DNA from: Folioceros fuciformis
Taxonomy: Eukaryota
DNA: 64,000 bases
Direction: 5' to 3'
NCBI GenBank assembly: GCA_049999805.1
Contig: JBNGIO010006224.1
Location: 1 to 64,000, forward strand
This document shows, one piece after another, positions 14,260 to 26,342 of the stretch. Positions within the stretch are counted from its first letter, which is position 1. Each line of letters opens with the position of its first letter. The notes beneath the pieces were generated by a model. That model was not told the DNA's origin. It saw only the letters and a list, made by a program, of their open reading frames with translations, and ran no database searches. The translations under genes were made by a program, and so were the position numbers.

Positions 14260-15723
14260 CTAAAGAAATAAATTTGGCATAGGTTGGAAACCCTCCCAAT
14301 TGACTTGTGCAACAGCATCAGGAAGCTTTTGCCAACAATGTCCATTCATGTCATAGGCAAGAGCATGGGTCGTGTAAGAAAAGCGAGAACAGTTATAATT
14401 CATAATAAAAAAGAAAATCACCAAGTTCCTAACAACGAAGACATTTTTAACCTCCAAAGAATTTACCCATGATTCAAGAGATGGAAGCATGGAAGATGGC
14501 CACTTAGTAGTGATTTTGATCCACCCGCTTCTAGCATCATCCAACATCCATATTCCTGCACAACACAATAGGAGCCTTCCATGGTAATCCACTAAACGAG
14601 GTATTACCTGTGCCTCCCCAAGGCTAAGCTCTATCATGGTGTCATAAGGAAGATTTACAGTCCATACAAAACGTGGACCCTTTTCTGTGTTAAGTTGTAC
14701 TACATCACGAGGTGCACAACCAATCACTGAATACAACCCTCCATTGTAAGACAAAACCACCTCTTGCATGAAAACGAAATGCTCAAGATAGAATGCAGTC
14801 CATTCATTAGTAATACTACTGTAAATGGCGTATGCATCTCTAATGAACGAAACGTCAAATTCAATTGATCTTACATGCCTCACAAAAACCTTGAAGTTGG
14901 AAATCTTTCCTGTTGCAGTAGATGTTTCCATCGATAAAGTGATTCTACTATTTTCCTGGCTCCAAAGTGGAAGCATAGGTAAAAGTTTGAAGCACTGATT
15001 CATGGGATTCACCACACAAAAATATGTTCCCTCATCTACGCGACATGTTACACATACAAACCCAGATGTTGCGCAAGCACTACTGGCAATTGATGATGGG
15101 TTATTTTGCAACACATCTGGCAAGAAAGATAAATCCACTTTCAGGGCCTTGTGCAGGAATGGTTGCTCCAAGATTGAAGTACTATTGTTCTCTTGTCTTT
15201 TATCACAACGCTTTATGCACTCAAACGTAAGAGTACATAGCAGAGGCGGTGTTGTGCTCGACTCAAATGCATGAAGGAAGCTCTCAAGGGGAAATCCTTC
15301 ATAACTGAGTATAGTATTCCAATCCTTGCAAACGACTTGGCAACGAGTTTGCAATTTGGTTGGTAATCGTTGCAATACTTCTTGCGCTATATCATATGGC
15401 AGATCAAAATAATTCTGAGTGCTTGATCTGGTCCTCCTAGCCGGTAGAGAGCAACCGTCTTTATGATCAAAATCCTCACGTAACAAATAGATTATGACAT
15501 GAAGATCATATGTATCAGGTTCGACCTTACACTTCCACTTTCCCTTTTGCTTCCCTTTGTGACTAGAGGCTGACTCATTGCCATCTAAGAGTTGATTGCT
15601 TTCTGTCTCTTGATTGTCATCACAGTCTTGCTCTTGATTGTCATCAAAGTCCTGCTCTTGGTCCTGCTCTTGGTTATCATCAAAGTCCAGCTCTCTGTTC
15701 TCCATGTCCTCTATCCCATCCAT
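14260..15723 (-). CDS. Intronless F-box protein (487 aa) with acidic DDNQEQ repeats at the N-terminus
   Basis: Single ORF. F-box FDLPYDIAQEVLQRLPTKLQTRCQVVCKDWNTIL, then ACATSGFVC..YFCVVNPMNQCFKLLPMLP, ALAYDMNGHCWQKLP and a terminal FQPM, resembling plant F-box/kelch-like proteins. Confidence 0.85.
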   Translation of the reverse strand: MDGIEDMENRELDFDDNQEQDQEQDFDDNQEQDCDDNQETESNQLLDGNESASSHKGKQKGKWKCKVEPDTYDLHVIIYLLREDFDHKDGCSLPARRTRSSTQNYFDLPYDIAQEVLQRLPTKLQTRCQVVCKDWNTILSYEGFPLESFLHAFESSTTPPLLCTLTFECIKRCDKRQENNSTSILEQPFLHKALKVDLSFLPDVLQNNPSSIASSACATSGFVCVTCRVDEGTYFCVVNPMNQCFKLLPMLPLWSQENSRITLSMETSTATGKISNFKVFVRHVRSIEFDVSFIRDAYAIYSSITNEWTAFYLEHFVFMQEVVLSYNGGLYSVIGCAPRDVVQLNTEKGPRFVWTVNLPYDTMIELSLGEAQVIPRLVDYHGRLLLCCAGIWMLDDARSGWIKITTKWPSSMLPSLESWVNSLEVKNVFVVRNLVIFFFIMNYNCSRFSYTTHALAYDMNGHCWQKLPDAVAQVNWEGFQPMPNLFL

Positions 15724-15749
15724 CTTCTACTCCAGTACAAACAGGATAT

Positions 15750-15856
15750 TGCTCATGTATTATTGCTTGATTTATTGCTCATGTATTATTGCTTGATTCA
15801 ACGCAAGCAATAACACACATAGTACAGTGTTCATGTATTATTGCTTGATTCAACGC
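15750..15856. repeat. Three copies of ~23-bp TGCTCATGTATTATTGCTTGATT
   Basis: Direct repeats at about 15750, 15776 and 15828, just upstream of the F-box ATG. Confidence 0.85.
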
Positions 15857-17016
15857 GAGTTGTTCAAGAGCATACTCAGCTCTACAAGTCCAAGAGATCC
15901 CATTATATAGCCTAAGAGGACCATACTAAGATAGTGCTAAAGTGAATACCCCAAAAGTTTGCGGTACTAAGTGATATTTTAAATAATAGTACGCATAATT
16001 ACTACTAACCTTATAACCTACTATTCTTATCGCATAGTCTTATCACAAGTGTGACAATACCCAAAACCCATCAGTCCGAAGGAGCGAGTGATCTCAGATG
16101 AGTCTTCAACATACGGCCTTTGTTGCCAGATCTTGAGACGCGGGCGACCCTGCTCTTGTAGATAATTATTTGTGCACAAATGCAAAACACTTTCTTGGAA
16201 GGTAAGCCAAACTCCCGTCTCCTTCGACGGAGCCACAGTACTGTGAGCCAGCCTGCGCGAGAACAGTGTCAGGATTTTTGACGTCGTCCATGCCAACTTG
16301 CCAACCGGGGAGCAAACGGAGGAGTGGATTGCGCAGGAGTCATGGGTGGCTGGCTGTGTCTGTAGCCGAAAACAAGGGCTACAGACCCAATCCTCCAGCC
16401 TACAGCCAACTAGGGTTCCAACACCACTCCCTACACAAGGATTTTCCTTGCTTGGGACACATAATTTTCAGCCGCTGCTGCGCCAGCTCCATGCTGCAGA
16501 AGAAAGATGGTGCGGCCAGCCAGCCACAGCCAGGGATTCGCTCCTCCGCCTCCTCAGCTGGGTGGCCCGTAATAGAAAAAAACTGTGAAGGAAACTGGTG
16601 GACGCTGCGACCGAACTGCCCGAGTGAAATAAGGGCCGGAAGATGGAGGACGGATGCTCAGATATCGAGAAAGGAACTAATTTATTTCAAGGTGTCTGTG
16701 CGCATATGTCCAGATTTTAGGTATTGCTTAGTTAACTAACTTAACTGGTTGCGGAGTTGTAGTGAATAGGAATTTGGACCACTCCCATACCAAATGTACG
16801 TACGTGTGTGACAGTGTGGTGTGTTGGCGATGTTAGAGGTAGGTACGTACAGTATATGTTGACGAAATACGTACATGCTTTCCCGCCTTGCGACGTGTGT
16901 GAATAGGGTGGTGTATGCTGATTTGCTTTTAAAAATGGGGTTAAAATGGAGTCCAGGGAGGGGAGAGAAAAAAGGGGCCGAGAGTTGGAAACGAGACTCA
17001 TGAGACGAAGCAGGAG

Positions 17017-17068
17017 CAGCCAAGCCAAAGCCAGAGCCAAAGCCAAAGCCAAAGCCAAAGCCAAAGCC
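17017..17068. repeat. (AAAGCC)n hexamer microsatellite
   Basis: About 8 near-perfect AAAGCC units upstream of XPO1. Confidence 0.95.
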
Positions 17069-17527
17069 TACTACTTGTAGTAGCAGCTTCGGGCGTCTGG
17101 ACGACTCGACCCGACTCGACTCAGGCCCAGACTAGACGCGTCGCCACTCCACCTCTTTTTTTGCCGGGGACACGCATGAGACTGACGAAGCTAGGAACTG
17201 GAAGAGTAGAGCAGGTCAGCAGGGGAAGCGCGCGCAGCGGAGCGGGAGCGACGAGCGCAGCGCAGCGCACAGCAGGCAGGTGATGGTATTGCACATGCCA
17301 TGACCCAGGTGAACCACGCCTGTTCCACGGGCTAGCTCCTCCTCCTCCACCTGCTCCTTGCTTTGCCTTCTCCGCAATTGGAGTGCCGCTGCGACGGCTG
17401 GATCGATCGCCCGCCGTCGCGGTAGGGCTTGCTTCCCGGCACGTGCGAGGGCCCCAGTGTTCCCCTGCGCTCTCCAGCTCAGGCTTGGGTTCAGGAGGAG
17501 CTGGGCCGGGCTTTTGCGCCTTCCAGT

Positions 17528-20500
17528 ATGGCGGAGAAGCTGCTGGACTTCTCCCAGCCTTTCGACGTGGGCCTTCTTGACGAGACCGTCGCCACCTTCT
17601 ACGGCACTGGCTCCAAAGAACAGGTAAATTTTTGTGTCCCAGCTTTGCCCCAGCTGTCTGCTACGTGCCTCGCTTCCGAAGGGGGTCTCTGGAATTGGCT
17701 TCGCCTCCCCTCTGCTCGCCCGGGCAGGCTTTGCCTCCCTCGTGCCGCCTCCAGTCTCACCTTCACCTTGTGTTGCTGTGCTGCAGAGAGCTGCTGCCGA
17801 GAGAGTGTTGAGGCTTTTGCAAGACCATCCTGACACATGGACCAGAGTTGTCAGCATACTGCAGGACTCTCAGCACCTCAACTCCAAGTTTTACGCTCTC
17901 CAGGTGCGCACTTCCGGCTGCCACTGCAGCCGCTCCGGCCTCATTTGAGCTTAACTGGATTCGGCTCATGGCCTCCATCTGTAGTTTTGTTGTGTGTGTG
18001 AACCGTTGAACGACGAGTTGACTCTCTTCTGTTGGAAAGGTTTTGGAGGGTGTGATAAAGTATCGATGGAACGCGTTGCCTTCAGAGCAAAGGGATGGAA
18101 TAAAAAATTACATCTCAGACCTCATCGTTCAGGTTTGAATCGCTATCGCAAAAGGCCCTTTGGGTTAGGGTTCCCACGTCTGTACCCCTACTAGTGAAAC
18201 GTAGGGTTCAATGCTGCGATCTTGTTCTGTGTTCTTACTGTATTGTTTTGCCGTTTCAGCTCTCCCGGAATGAGGCCACCTTCAGGAGCGAGCGGCTTTA
18301 CGTGACTAAGCTGAACATCATCCTTGTCCAGGTGCGCATCCAGCTGCCCATGGTTTACATCAGTGTTCTTACTCTGAATCTCAACACACACGAATGTGAA
18401 CATGGATGTCTGTGGACTTAAAAAAAAGTTGGGTCTTTTGTACGCCAGGTTCTAAAGCATGAGTGGCCAGCTAGATGGCCGAGGTTCATACCGGATCTTG
18501 TTGCAGCTGCCAATAGCAGTGAAACCCTATGCGAAAATTGCATGGTCATCTTGAAGGTCCGTACCATTACTTTACCTCTCTACCTGTGTTGCACCCACTA
18601 CTGTTTATCTCATACATGTTCTTTGACCAGCTGCTCAGTGAGGAGGTCTTTGACTTCTCCCGTGGAGAAATGACTCAAGTGAAGATCAAGGAATTAAAGA
18701 ATTCCTTGAACAGGTAACTTGTCGCACTGCTCTGTCAGCTGTAGTAGCCAGACTTGTTTTTTGGTGCTCCTGTATTAATGTTATTGTGTGCTCATGTGCT
18801 GCAGTGAATTCCAGCTGGTCCACGAACTCTGCCAGTACGTGCTGTCAGTGTCACCTAGCTCTGCGCTCATCAGAGCTACTCTGGCAACATTGCATGCGTT
18901 CCTCTCGTGGATTCCTCTTGGTTACATTTTTGAGTCTCCTTTGGTAGGAATCCAACTGAAACCGTCATCTCTCTTGTGAATCTTGTGAACAAGGATTGTA
19001 GCTGTTCTGTATTCGAGTCTTAGCTCGAATAATTGTGGTTCATCCATTCAGCGTGTGTTTGCTTCTGTGTGTGTATGTTTTTTTTCCGTTGACCTTTACC
19101 AAGCGGAGAATTTGGATGTAGTTGGAGACTCTGTTGAAGCTGTTTCCCATTCCTGATTACAGAAACCTCGCACTGCAGTGTTTAACTGAGGTCGGTATTC
19201 AGGGTTTCAGTGTAATTTGGTGTGTTGAGAGAGCAACTATTTGTGTTGGTTGTTTTTGGCCTCTTTGTGAACCAGTGTTAATCACTATCACTCTTCTCCA
19301 GGTTGCTGCCCTTAATTTTGGTGACTTTTACAATGCCCAGTTTGTGAAACTGTATTCAATCTTTGTTGCCCAGCTACAAGTAAGCCCTTACGGTTTATTT
19401 GCTGGACATGCCTTTTGCAGTCTGTGGATGTCTCCTCGTGTCGTCTCGTTCTGTGGTGATGTAACCTGAACTCGTGCGCATTGCAGATTATTCTGTCCCC
19501 GGCAACCAATATCCCAGAGGCGTATGGGAGTGGTACCACTGAAGATCAGGTTGCTTGATATCTGGAGCCCTTTTGCAAATGAACTTACACATCTTCATCT
19601 CTTATCTTATCCTGTTTGTTTTTGTCGCAGTCCTTCATCCAAAATTTAGCACTTTTTTTCACATCATTCTTCAAGGTATGCTGTGGATAGTCTCCAATGC
19701 ATGAATCAACGTCTTGAACAACGTATTGCATGTTATTTGCCCATCATGACCTGAAACGAGTCAGTCTTCTGACGGTCAATGTGCATTGACTTTGCAGGCT
19801 CATATCGGAGTCCTAGAAACAGCTCCAGAAAGTCAGGCTGCCCTCCTGCTGGGATTAGAATACTTGATTGGTATCTCCTACGTTGATGATACAGAGGTTT
19901 TTAAGGTAGACGGTGTTCAGGACTTTGCCGCACAAAAGAACGCTATGTATGTATCTGTCTTTGTTTGGTGTTCGTGAGTTCCCCACTTTAATCTGGATGT
20001 CTACTTTTTGCCAGGTTTGCCTGGACTACTGGAACGCACTTGTTTGTGATCTCTTTCAATCGGAGTGTGGCATGGAGGGTCCGGGAGGGTCAGCTGTGAT
20101 GGGTCTGCAGGTGACTCTAGTGGGAAGCTCTTGAAGCTCTACATAATGGTAGAAGATGACTTGCTGACTCTTGATTACTGTGTGGTGTCAAGGGTGTTAT
20201 GGCTTTGGGGAGTGTTCTTGCTGACGGAATGGGAGGAATGGGACATCTGTCTCAGCGGAAGCAACTATATGCTGGACCCCTTTCCAAGCTTCGATTGCTG
20301 ATGATAAGTCGCATGGCAAAACCTGAAGAAGTCTTGATTGTGGAAGACGAAAATGGTAATATTGTACGAGAAACTATGAAGGACAATGATGTGCTTGTCC
20401 AGTATAAGGTAAATAGTCTCTCAGTGGGTGTTGGTGTGTGTTTATTTTTGTGAGTCCCTCACTTCACCTTGCTGTGTAGATCATGAGAGAGACGCTCATC

Positions 20501-23500
20501 TACTTGTCACATCTTGATCACGATGATACTGAGCAGCAGGTGTGCTTTAAGCTTAGGTTTATTGCAATTATTCAGCAACAATGAATTCGATCTGTGGTAT
20601 TTGTGGTCTTATGGCCCTGGCTACTTGCTGCAACGAAATGACTTGGGGACTCGGATCCTCCTTTAGATGCTCAGAAAGCTGAACAAGCAGCTGAATGGAG
20701 AAGAGTGGGCCTGGAACAATCTTAACACCCTGTGCTGGGCCATCGGTTCAATTTCGGGCTCCATGGTTGAGGATCAGGTAGTCGCCTATTTGCTGTATGG
20801 TTATGTAGTTGTTTGCTGAGTGTCGATTCGTGAAAGGCGGCTGATTTGTTTATTTCTTTACATGTCTTTGTGCTTATATTTTTCACGAGTCTTCCTGATA
20901 ATGTTGTTCTCATGTGTTTGTGCTAATGTTCTGCACATGTCTCTGTGTTCATGTTCTTCTGCCTACCTTTTCAGGAGAATCGGTTCCTTGTGACAGTCAT
21001 TCGTGATCTGCTGAATTTATGTGAGAACACGAAGGGCAAGGACAACAAGGCAGTGATTGCTAGCAACATCATGTAAGGTTTTCCTGCCGGGCAGCTACGA
21101 ATTCTTTGCTGTTTCCAGCTAGCTCTCGAGTCAGTTCCTTGAAACTGACTCAAAGGGGAGGTATGTTTCAAAGGTATGTTGTTGGTCAGTACCCAAGGTT
21201 CTTGAGGGCGCACTGGAAGTTTTTGAAGACCGTGGTGAACAAGCTGTTTGAGTTCATGCACGAGACCCACCCTGGCGTGCAAGTAAGGATCAGCCCTTCT
21301 GGCTTTTTAGGTACTTCTTTGGTGTGATAATGCTCTCGTAGTGAATCTGTGGCATGCAATCAACTAAATGTATGGTCTGCATTCCAGGACATGGCCTGTG
21401 ATACGTTTCTGAAGATTGTTCAAAAGTGCCGCCGAAAGTTTGTCATCCTTCAGGTGAGGGTGACTTGGTCAGCAAAGTAATTGTGCAGTCGGCCATTAGA
21501 GGAAAATTTGTGTTTTAATTGTAACCGTTTACTATGTCTTTCAGTTATGGTGCGGGTTGAAGTCCTGTATTAACCTCCAGTGTTGTAGGTGGGGGAGACA
21601 GAGCCATTCGTTTGTGAGCTGTTGAAGACCCTGCCCACAACTATTTTGGATCTTGAGAGTCATCAAATCCATACATTTTATGAGGCGGTAAGCTGATAAC
21701 AGACCCTCACGGACAGAGTACGTGGCACAGGTCTGCTAGAAACAATGCTGAATCTACACGTTTATGCTGCTGAAGTTTCTACCATAAATTTGATAAAACA
21801 GGTAGGCTTTATGATACAAGCTGAAGGTGACGTCCATAGGAGGGATGAATACCTCCAAAAGCTCATGGAGTTGCCGAATCAGGTGCTGATCCTTCTCGTT
21901 GCTTTTTCAGACTGTTGTTTTGTAAATAGTATGCACGTAAGGATGTCAATGGTGCTGACATATGTTCTTGTGCAGAGATGGGCAGAAATAATTGGTCATG
22001 CGAGGCAAAGCGTGGACTACCTGAAGGCCCAGGATGTTATTCGTTCTGTTTTGAATATCCTTCAGGTAACCGCCTCAGCGGTCTAATGAGATTCTGTTTC
22101 GTGATTTGGTTCTCGCTCCCTTGTGTGCCCAGCAGCCTTGTCATTATTTCATTCAGGTCACTAACAGGGGCCACTGTTGCGGTTTCAGACAAATACTAGT
22201 GTTGCCAGCTCACTAGGGCAAGCTTTCCTGACTCAGATTTCCCTGATATATCTGGACATGCTCAATGTTTATCGGTATGGGTAGATTTTAATATCAGTTG
22301 AAGTTTCTTGTCCCAGTAGGTTTTTTAAAGAATGTCAGTGGTTGTCCTGGATGGCTTTGGAATTGCGTCTCAGCTGTATTTCTGTGTGACAAAGCTTCGG
22401 TATGTGCTTTCTTGCAGAATGTATAGCGAGCTTATATCCTCTGGCATTGCCGAGGGTGGCCCTTATGCCTCTAGAACTTCTTTTGTGAAGCTGTTGAGGT
22501 ATTATGTGATATTCCGATAGCTGCCTGTGTGATATGGGAGGGACTTGGTGTTTTGGATGCACGGAGTTTCGAGCTTGTTGGCTATTTTTCTGCTGGAATG
22601 GAATTTACTCTGTCGCTCCTTGCAGATCTGTAAAGCGGGAGACTCTCAAGTTGATTGAGACTTTTGTGGATAAAGCTGAAGATGTAGAGCTCATCTCAAA
22701 GCAGTTTGTACCTGCAATGATGGACCCCATATTGGGTGATTATGCACGAAATGTCTCGGATGCCCGAGAATCTGAAGTCCTGTCTCTGTTTGCAACCATC
22801 ATTGATAAGTGCGTGCCTGTGTGGTCTTTCTTAGCCGCTCTAATTTGTTCATGCACTGTTTGCCAACTTATATGTTGGGCTCTGTGCCACGCAGATTGAA
22901 GTCTGCAATGATTGAGGACGTGCTACGGATTTTCGAGGCAGTTTTTGCTTGCACACTTGATGTACGTTGAGCTGTTATTATTGTCTGCAGCTTTGTAGAG
23001 GGCGCCCCTTCCGTTGTAATTTGACCTTGGTTCCTGTAACTGCAGATGATCACCAAGAATTTTGAGGACTACCCTGAACACCGACTGAAGTTCTTCTCAC
23101 TGCTACGTGCCATAGCTACCCATTGCTTCCCAGCACTCTTTACCCTGTCGAGTCAGGTACCAACGTCATTCACCACGCCCTCCTCTGTTTCATATGTTGG
23201 CAACTAGTTGTGGATACTTGATTTCCTGTGGCTTCATATCAAATTCATACTTCTAAAATCGTCGCTTGGTGATGGTAGATCGATAGAAGAAATTGTTTTT
23301 TGCACTAGCTCTTGAAGAGGAATGTATGATTTCTTGCTAATGTTATTATTTACTTGCATCTAAGCAGCAACTGAAACTGGTGATGGACTCCATTATATGG
23401 GCCTTTCGGCACACTGAACGGAATGTAGCTGAGACGGGGCTGAATTTGTTGCTGGAGATGTTGTCAAAATTTCAGGTTTGTCCGTTCTCTTATCGCAGTC

Positions 23501-24388
23501 AGTTTTTTTTATGTGTTTGTTTGTGTCGACAAGAATCATCTTCCTCTGGTGAAGGTTTGTCAAGCTCTCGTCTCTTGCAGTTTGACAGTCTAATTTTTTG
23601 TACCTGCTGCCGCAGGCTTCGGAGTTTTGCAACCAATTTCATCATAGCTATTTCGTGATCATTGAGCAAGAAATTTTTGCTGTTTTAACGGATACATTTC
23701 ACAAGCCAGGGTTTAAGCTACATGTTCTCATACTGCAACACCTTTTCTGTTTGGTATGTGCCTCTGTGAATGAAAATGGATGCCACTGATGGATGAATGT
23801 CTTACCGCAGTTGACCAGTTGGTATTCTTTGGTCTATCAGATCGACTCTGGATCATTGACTCAGCCACTCTGGGATGTGTCCAATCCAAGTTTGGGGCCT
23901 TACTCCAATAATGTGGAATTTGTGCGGTACCACACTATCAAATTGTTGGGAACATCTTTTCCAAACATGACAGTCACGGAGGTAGGCGACAGCCTTGTTG
24001 ACTGCATCTTGTTGACTATGTTGTGAATGGTTTACAATCATTTGTTACATAGTCTGGGTTCTGTTGCAGGTCACCAATTTCGTTGATGCTCTATTTGAGA
24101 CACGCACCGACTTACCTTTATTCAAAACACGACTTCGGGATTTTCTGATCCAGTCGAAAGAGTTCTCAGCTCAAGTACTCATCACTAATTTTGATTTCTG
24201 TGATGAGTTAGTCGTGTGCGTGGATTTTTAGAAATTTCTTATGTGTGTGGCTATGGCTGTCTCAGGATAATAAGGACCTCTATGCTGAAGAGGCTGCTCA
24301 TCAAAGAGAGTTGGAGAGACGCCGGATGTTAAGCATACCTGGGTTGATTGCCCCAAGTGAAATCCAGGATGACATGGTGGATGCCTGA
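17528..24388 (+). CDS. XPO1: Exportin-1 (CRM1), about 30 exons
   Basis: [21 protein letters not shown]..., [113 protein letters not shown], ending [17 protein letters not shown] at 24386-24388. Confidence 0.98.
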
Positions 24389-25310
24389 GATTGGCCGTCA
24401 TGAAAAAGAGCTGCCTCACACTTTGGGTGCATGATCTCTGGTCCTGACTTGAAGTCAAGAACTGAAGGAGAAACCTTCCGGGTAGGCGGTTGAGGAGACG
24501 TGGCAGAGGCAGTAATATCTTCAGTGTTAGGGAGGTGTCTTAGAATGCTTGCATTTTTATGTGGAGTCCATTCAAGTTCTGGAGATATCCGCAATTACTA
24601 GTGATACCTCTAGGCAGGGTAGAGAACGCGGTGGCAGGTTCAGGACTGTCGGCCTGGTAAAATATCCTGCCTTTAGAGCTTCTCATAATGCGCTGCCTTT
24701 AGTCGTTGAAGTAGGGATAGCTCTTTCAACAGACTCCACATCTGCAGACAAGCTGTAGACCATTGACACCGTTGTATGCAAATTGCTCTTCACAATTGAG
24801 TTAGAATTGGTCGGCTGATTTTCGCAACGTCTGACTTAGTAAGGGCGCTGATGGTGTGGAACATAGTAGGGCAGGTTGTTCCTGCGTGGGGCGGGTTCTC
24901 TGATCACAAAGTCCTGCTTGGTTTGTAGGGCGTGTTGGTAGTGTGTGGGACTAATGGTCTATATAAGGCGAGTTGGTATTATGTCGGGTTAATGGCCCGG
25001 GCCGCCTTGGTTTATAAGGCGAACTGATGGTGTGCTCTTAAGATGGTAGGCCAGGTTCTGATGGGCATAACCCGCCTTGATTTGTAACAATGTTTTTTCC
25101 TTGATTGCGTGTACTTATTGAGTACCAAAAATCACTTTGCATCACCCGTGGTGATCTGGAGTGAAGTGAGTGGAGGCTTGTAACGAAGTTGTCACTTGTT
25201 ATACTAAATTTCTTATCTATGTAGGATGCTTTTACTTAATTAGTTTTTAGTATGATTAGATTTATGATTTAGTTAAAATAATTAAGTAGTATAGTGGAAT
25301 ATAACTACGC

Positions 25311-25531
25311 CCTTTTCTTAGTGCCCAATTAGCAAGCAACAAAGTAGGCATCGTGGTCTTTTTCCTTAGTGCCCAATTAGCAAGCCACAAAGTAGGCATC
25401 TTGGCCTTTTCCTAGTGCCCAATTAGCAAGCTACAAAGTAGGCATCTTGGTCTTTTTCTAGTGCCCAATTAGCAAGCCACAAAGTAGGTTAGTGCCCAAT
25501 TAGTAGGCCACAAAGTAGGCATCATGGTCTT
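25311..25531. repeat. Tandem minisatellite, 46-48 bp unit, 5 copies (one truncated)
   Basis: TAGTGCCCAATTAGCAAGCCACAAAGTAGGCATC... starts at 25319, 25367, 25413, 25459 and 25490. Confidence 0.95.
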
Positions 25532-26342
25532 GTTAGAAAATCTCATCAAAGAAGCTTTGTGTGGTTGGCGGTTGGCTGGTACATTGTTGAGTTCTCCGGC
25601 CTAGGAAATATTATTCCCTTCTCTATGTACCTGAAAGAAGATGAAAAACTATTATCAAAAGCTGCAAAACCCAGACTATCTTGCATTGCCTTATCTTGTC
25701 TTGTGTTGTGGGTGCTCCAAACCAAATCCACACTTATTGGAAGCAAAGAACCTTTTTGTGTCAGAACAAAGTGCAGAAATATATATTATGAATACACAGC
25801 ACAACAAACTAAAAACGAAAGAAAGATTTCAAACCATGATGGGCTCACAGTTCAAGTGCTGCTTTACGAGATGTGTACATATGTACATACATAGATACCA
25901 ACTGTATATGTTCGTACACATGTACTTACGTAGTTGTTCGCAAAATTTGGTGGTGGAGGCTGAGATGAGTGAAATAAGAGCCCCATTCCTCGGGAGGCCG
26001 GGATCTCAACGAGGGGCACGTCGGGACAAGGTGGTATTTAACACGCGCGATGACATGTTGTCCCCTTCCCGGCTTGCGAGTTGGACAGCGGAAGGTTCGT
26101 GTATGTGTCTCGAGAGTGAAGGGGACATGGGGCGGGACAATTTTCCTCTCTCCTTGCGTTAGGTCACCCAGCAGCCAGTGTGGAGCGTGCTTGAGGATGT
26201 AGATTGCGATTGCAGCAGGGACTGGGGTGCTATACTTTTCAGCGGAGAGCTTGATCGGGTGGCGGAGGTCTGGTGTGCTTGCCAGTGGCATTGCCATCTG
26301 CATTTGCTGTGAAGGCGGAGCAGGGGTAGCGGATCAGTAGGG

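Noticed and set aside
16027-16739. ORFs on both strands between the F-box gene and XPO1
   Set aside because: Non-ATG starts, no recognisable homology and no consistent exon chain. Possibly UTR or non-coding.
16741-17064. ORF starting MALALALALAL as a signal-peptide protein
   Set aside because: The N-terminus comes from the (AAAGCC)n microsatellite and the start is non-ATG.
25311-25531. Regularly spaced repeats (also 34828-35060 and 59693-59822) as a CRISPR-like array
   Set aside because: Units repeat over their full length with no unique spacers, there are no cas genes, and the context is eukaryotic.
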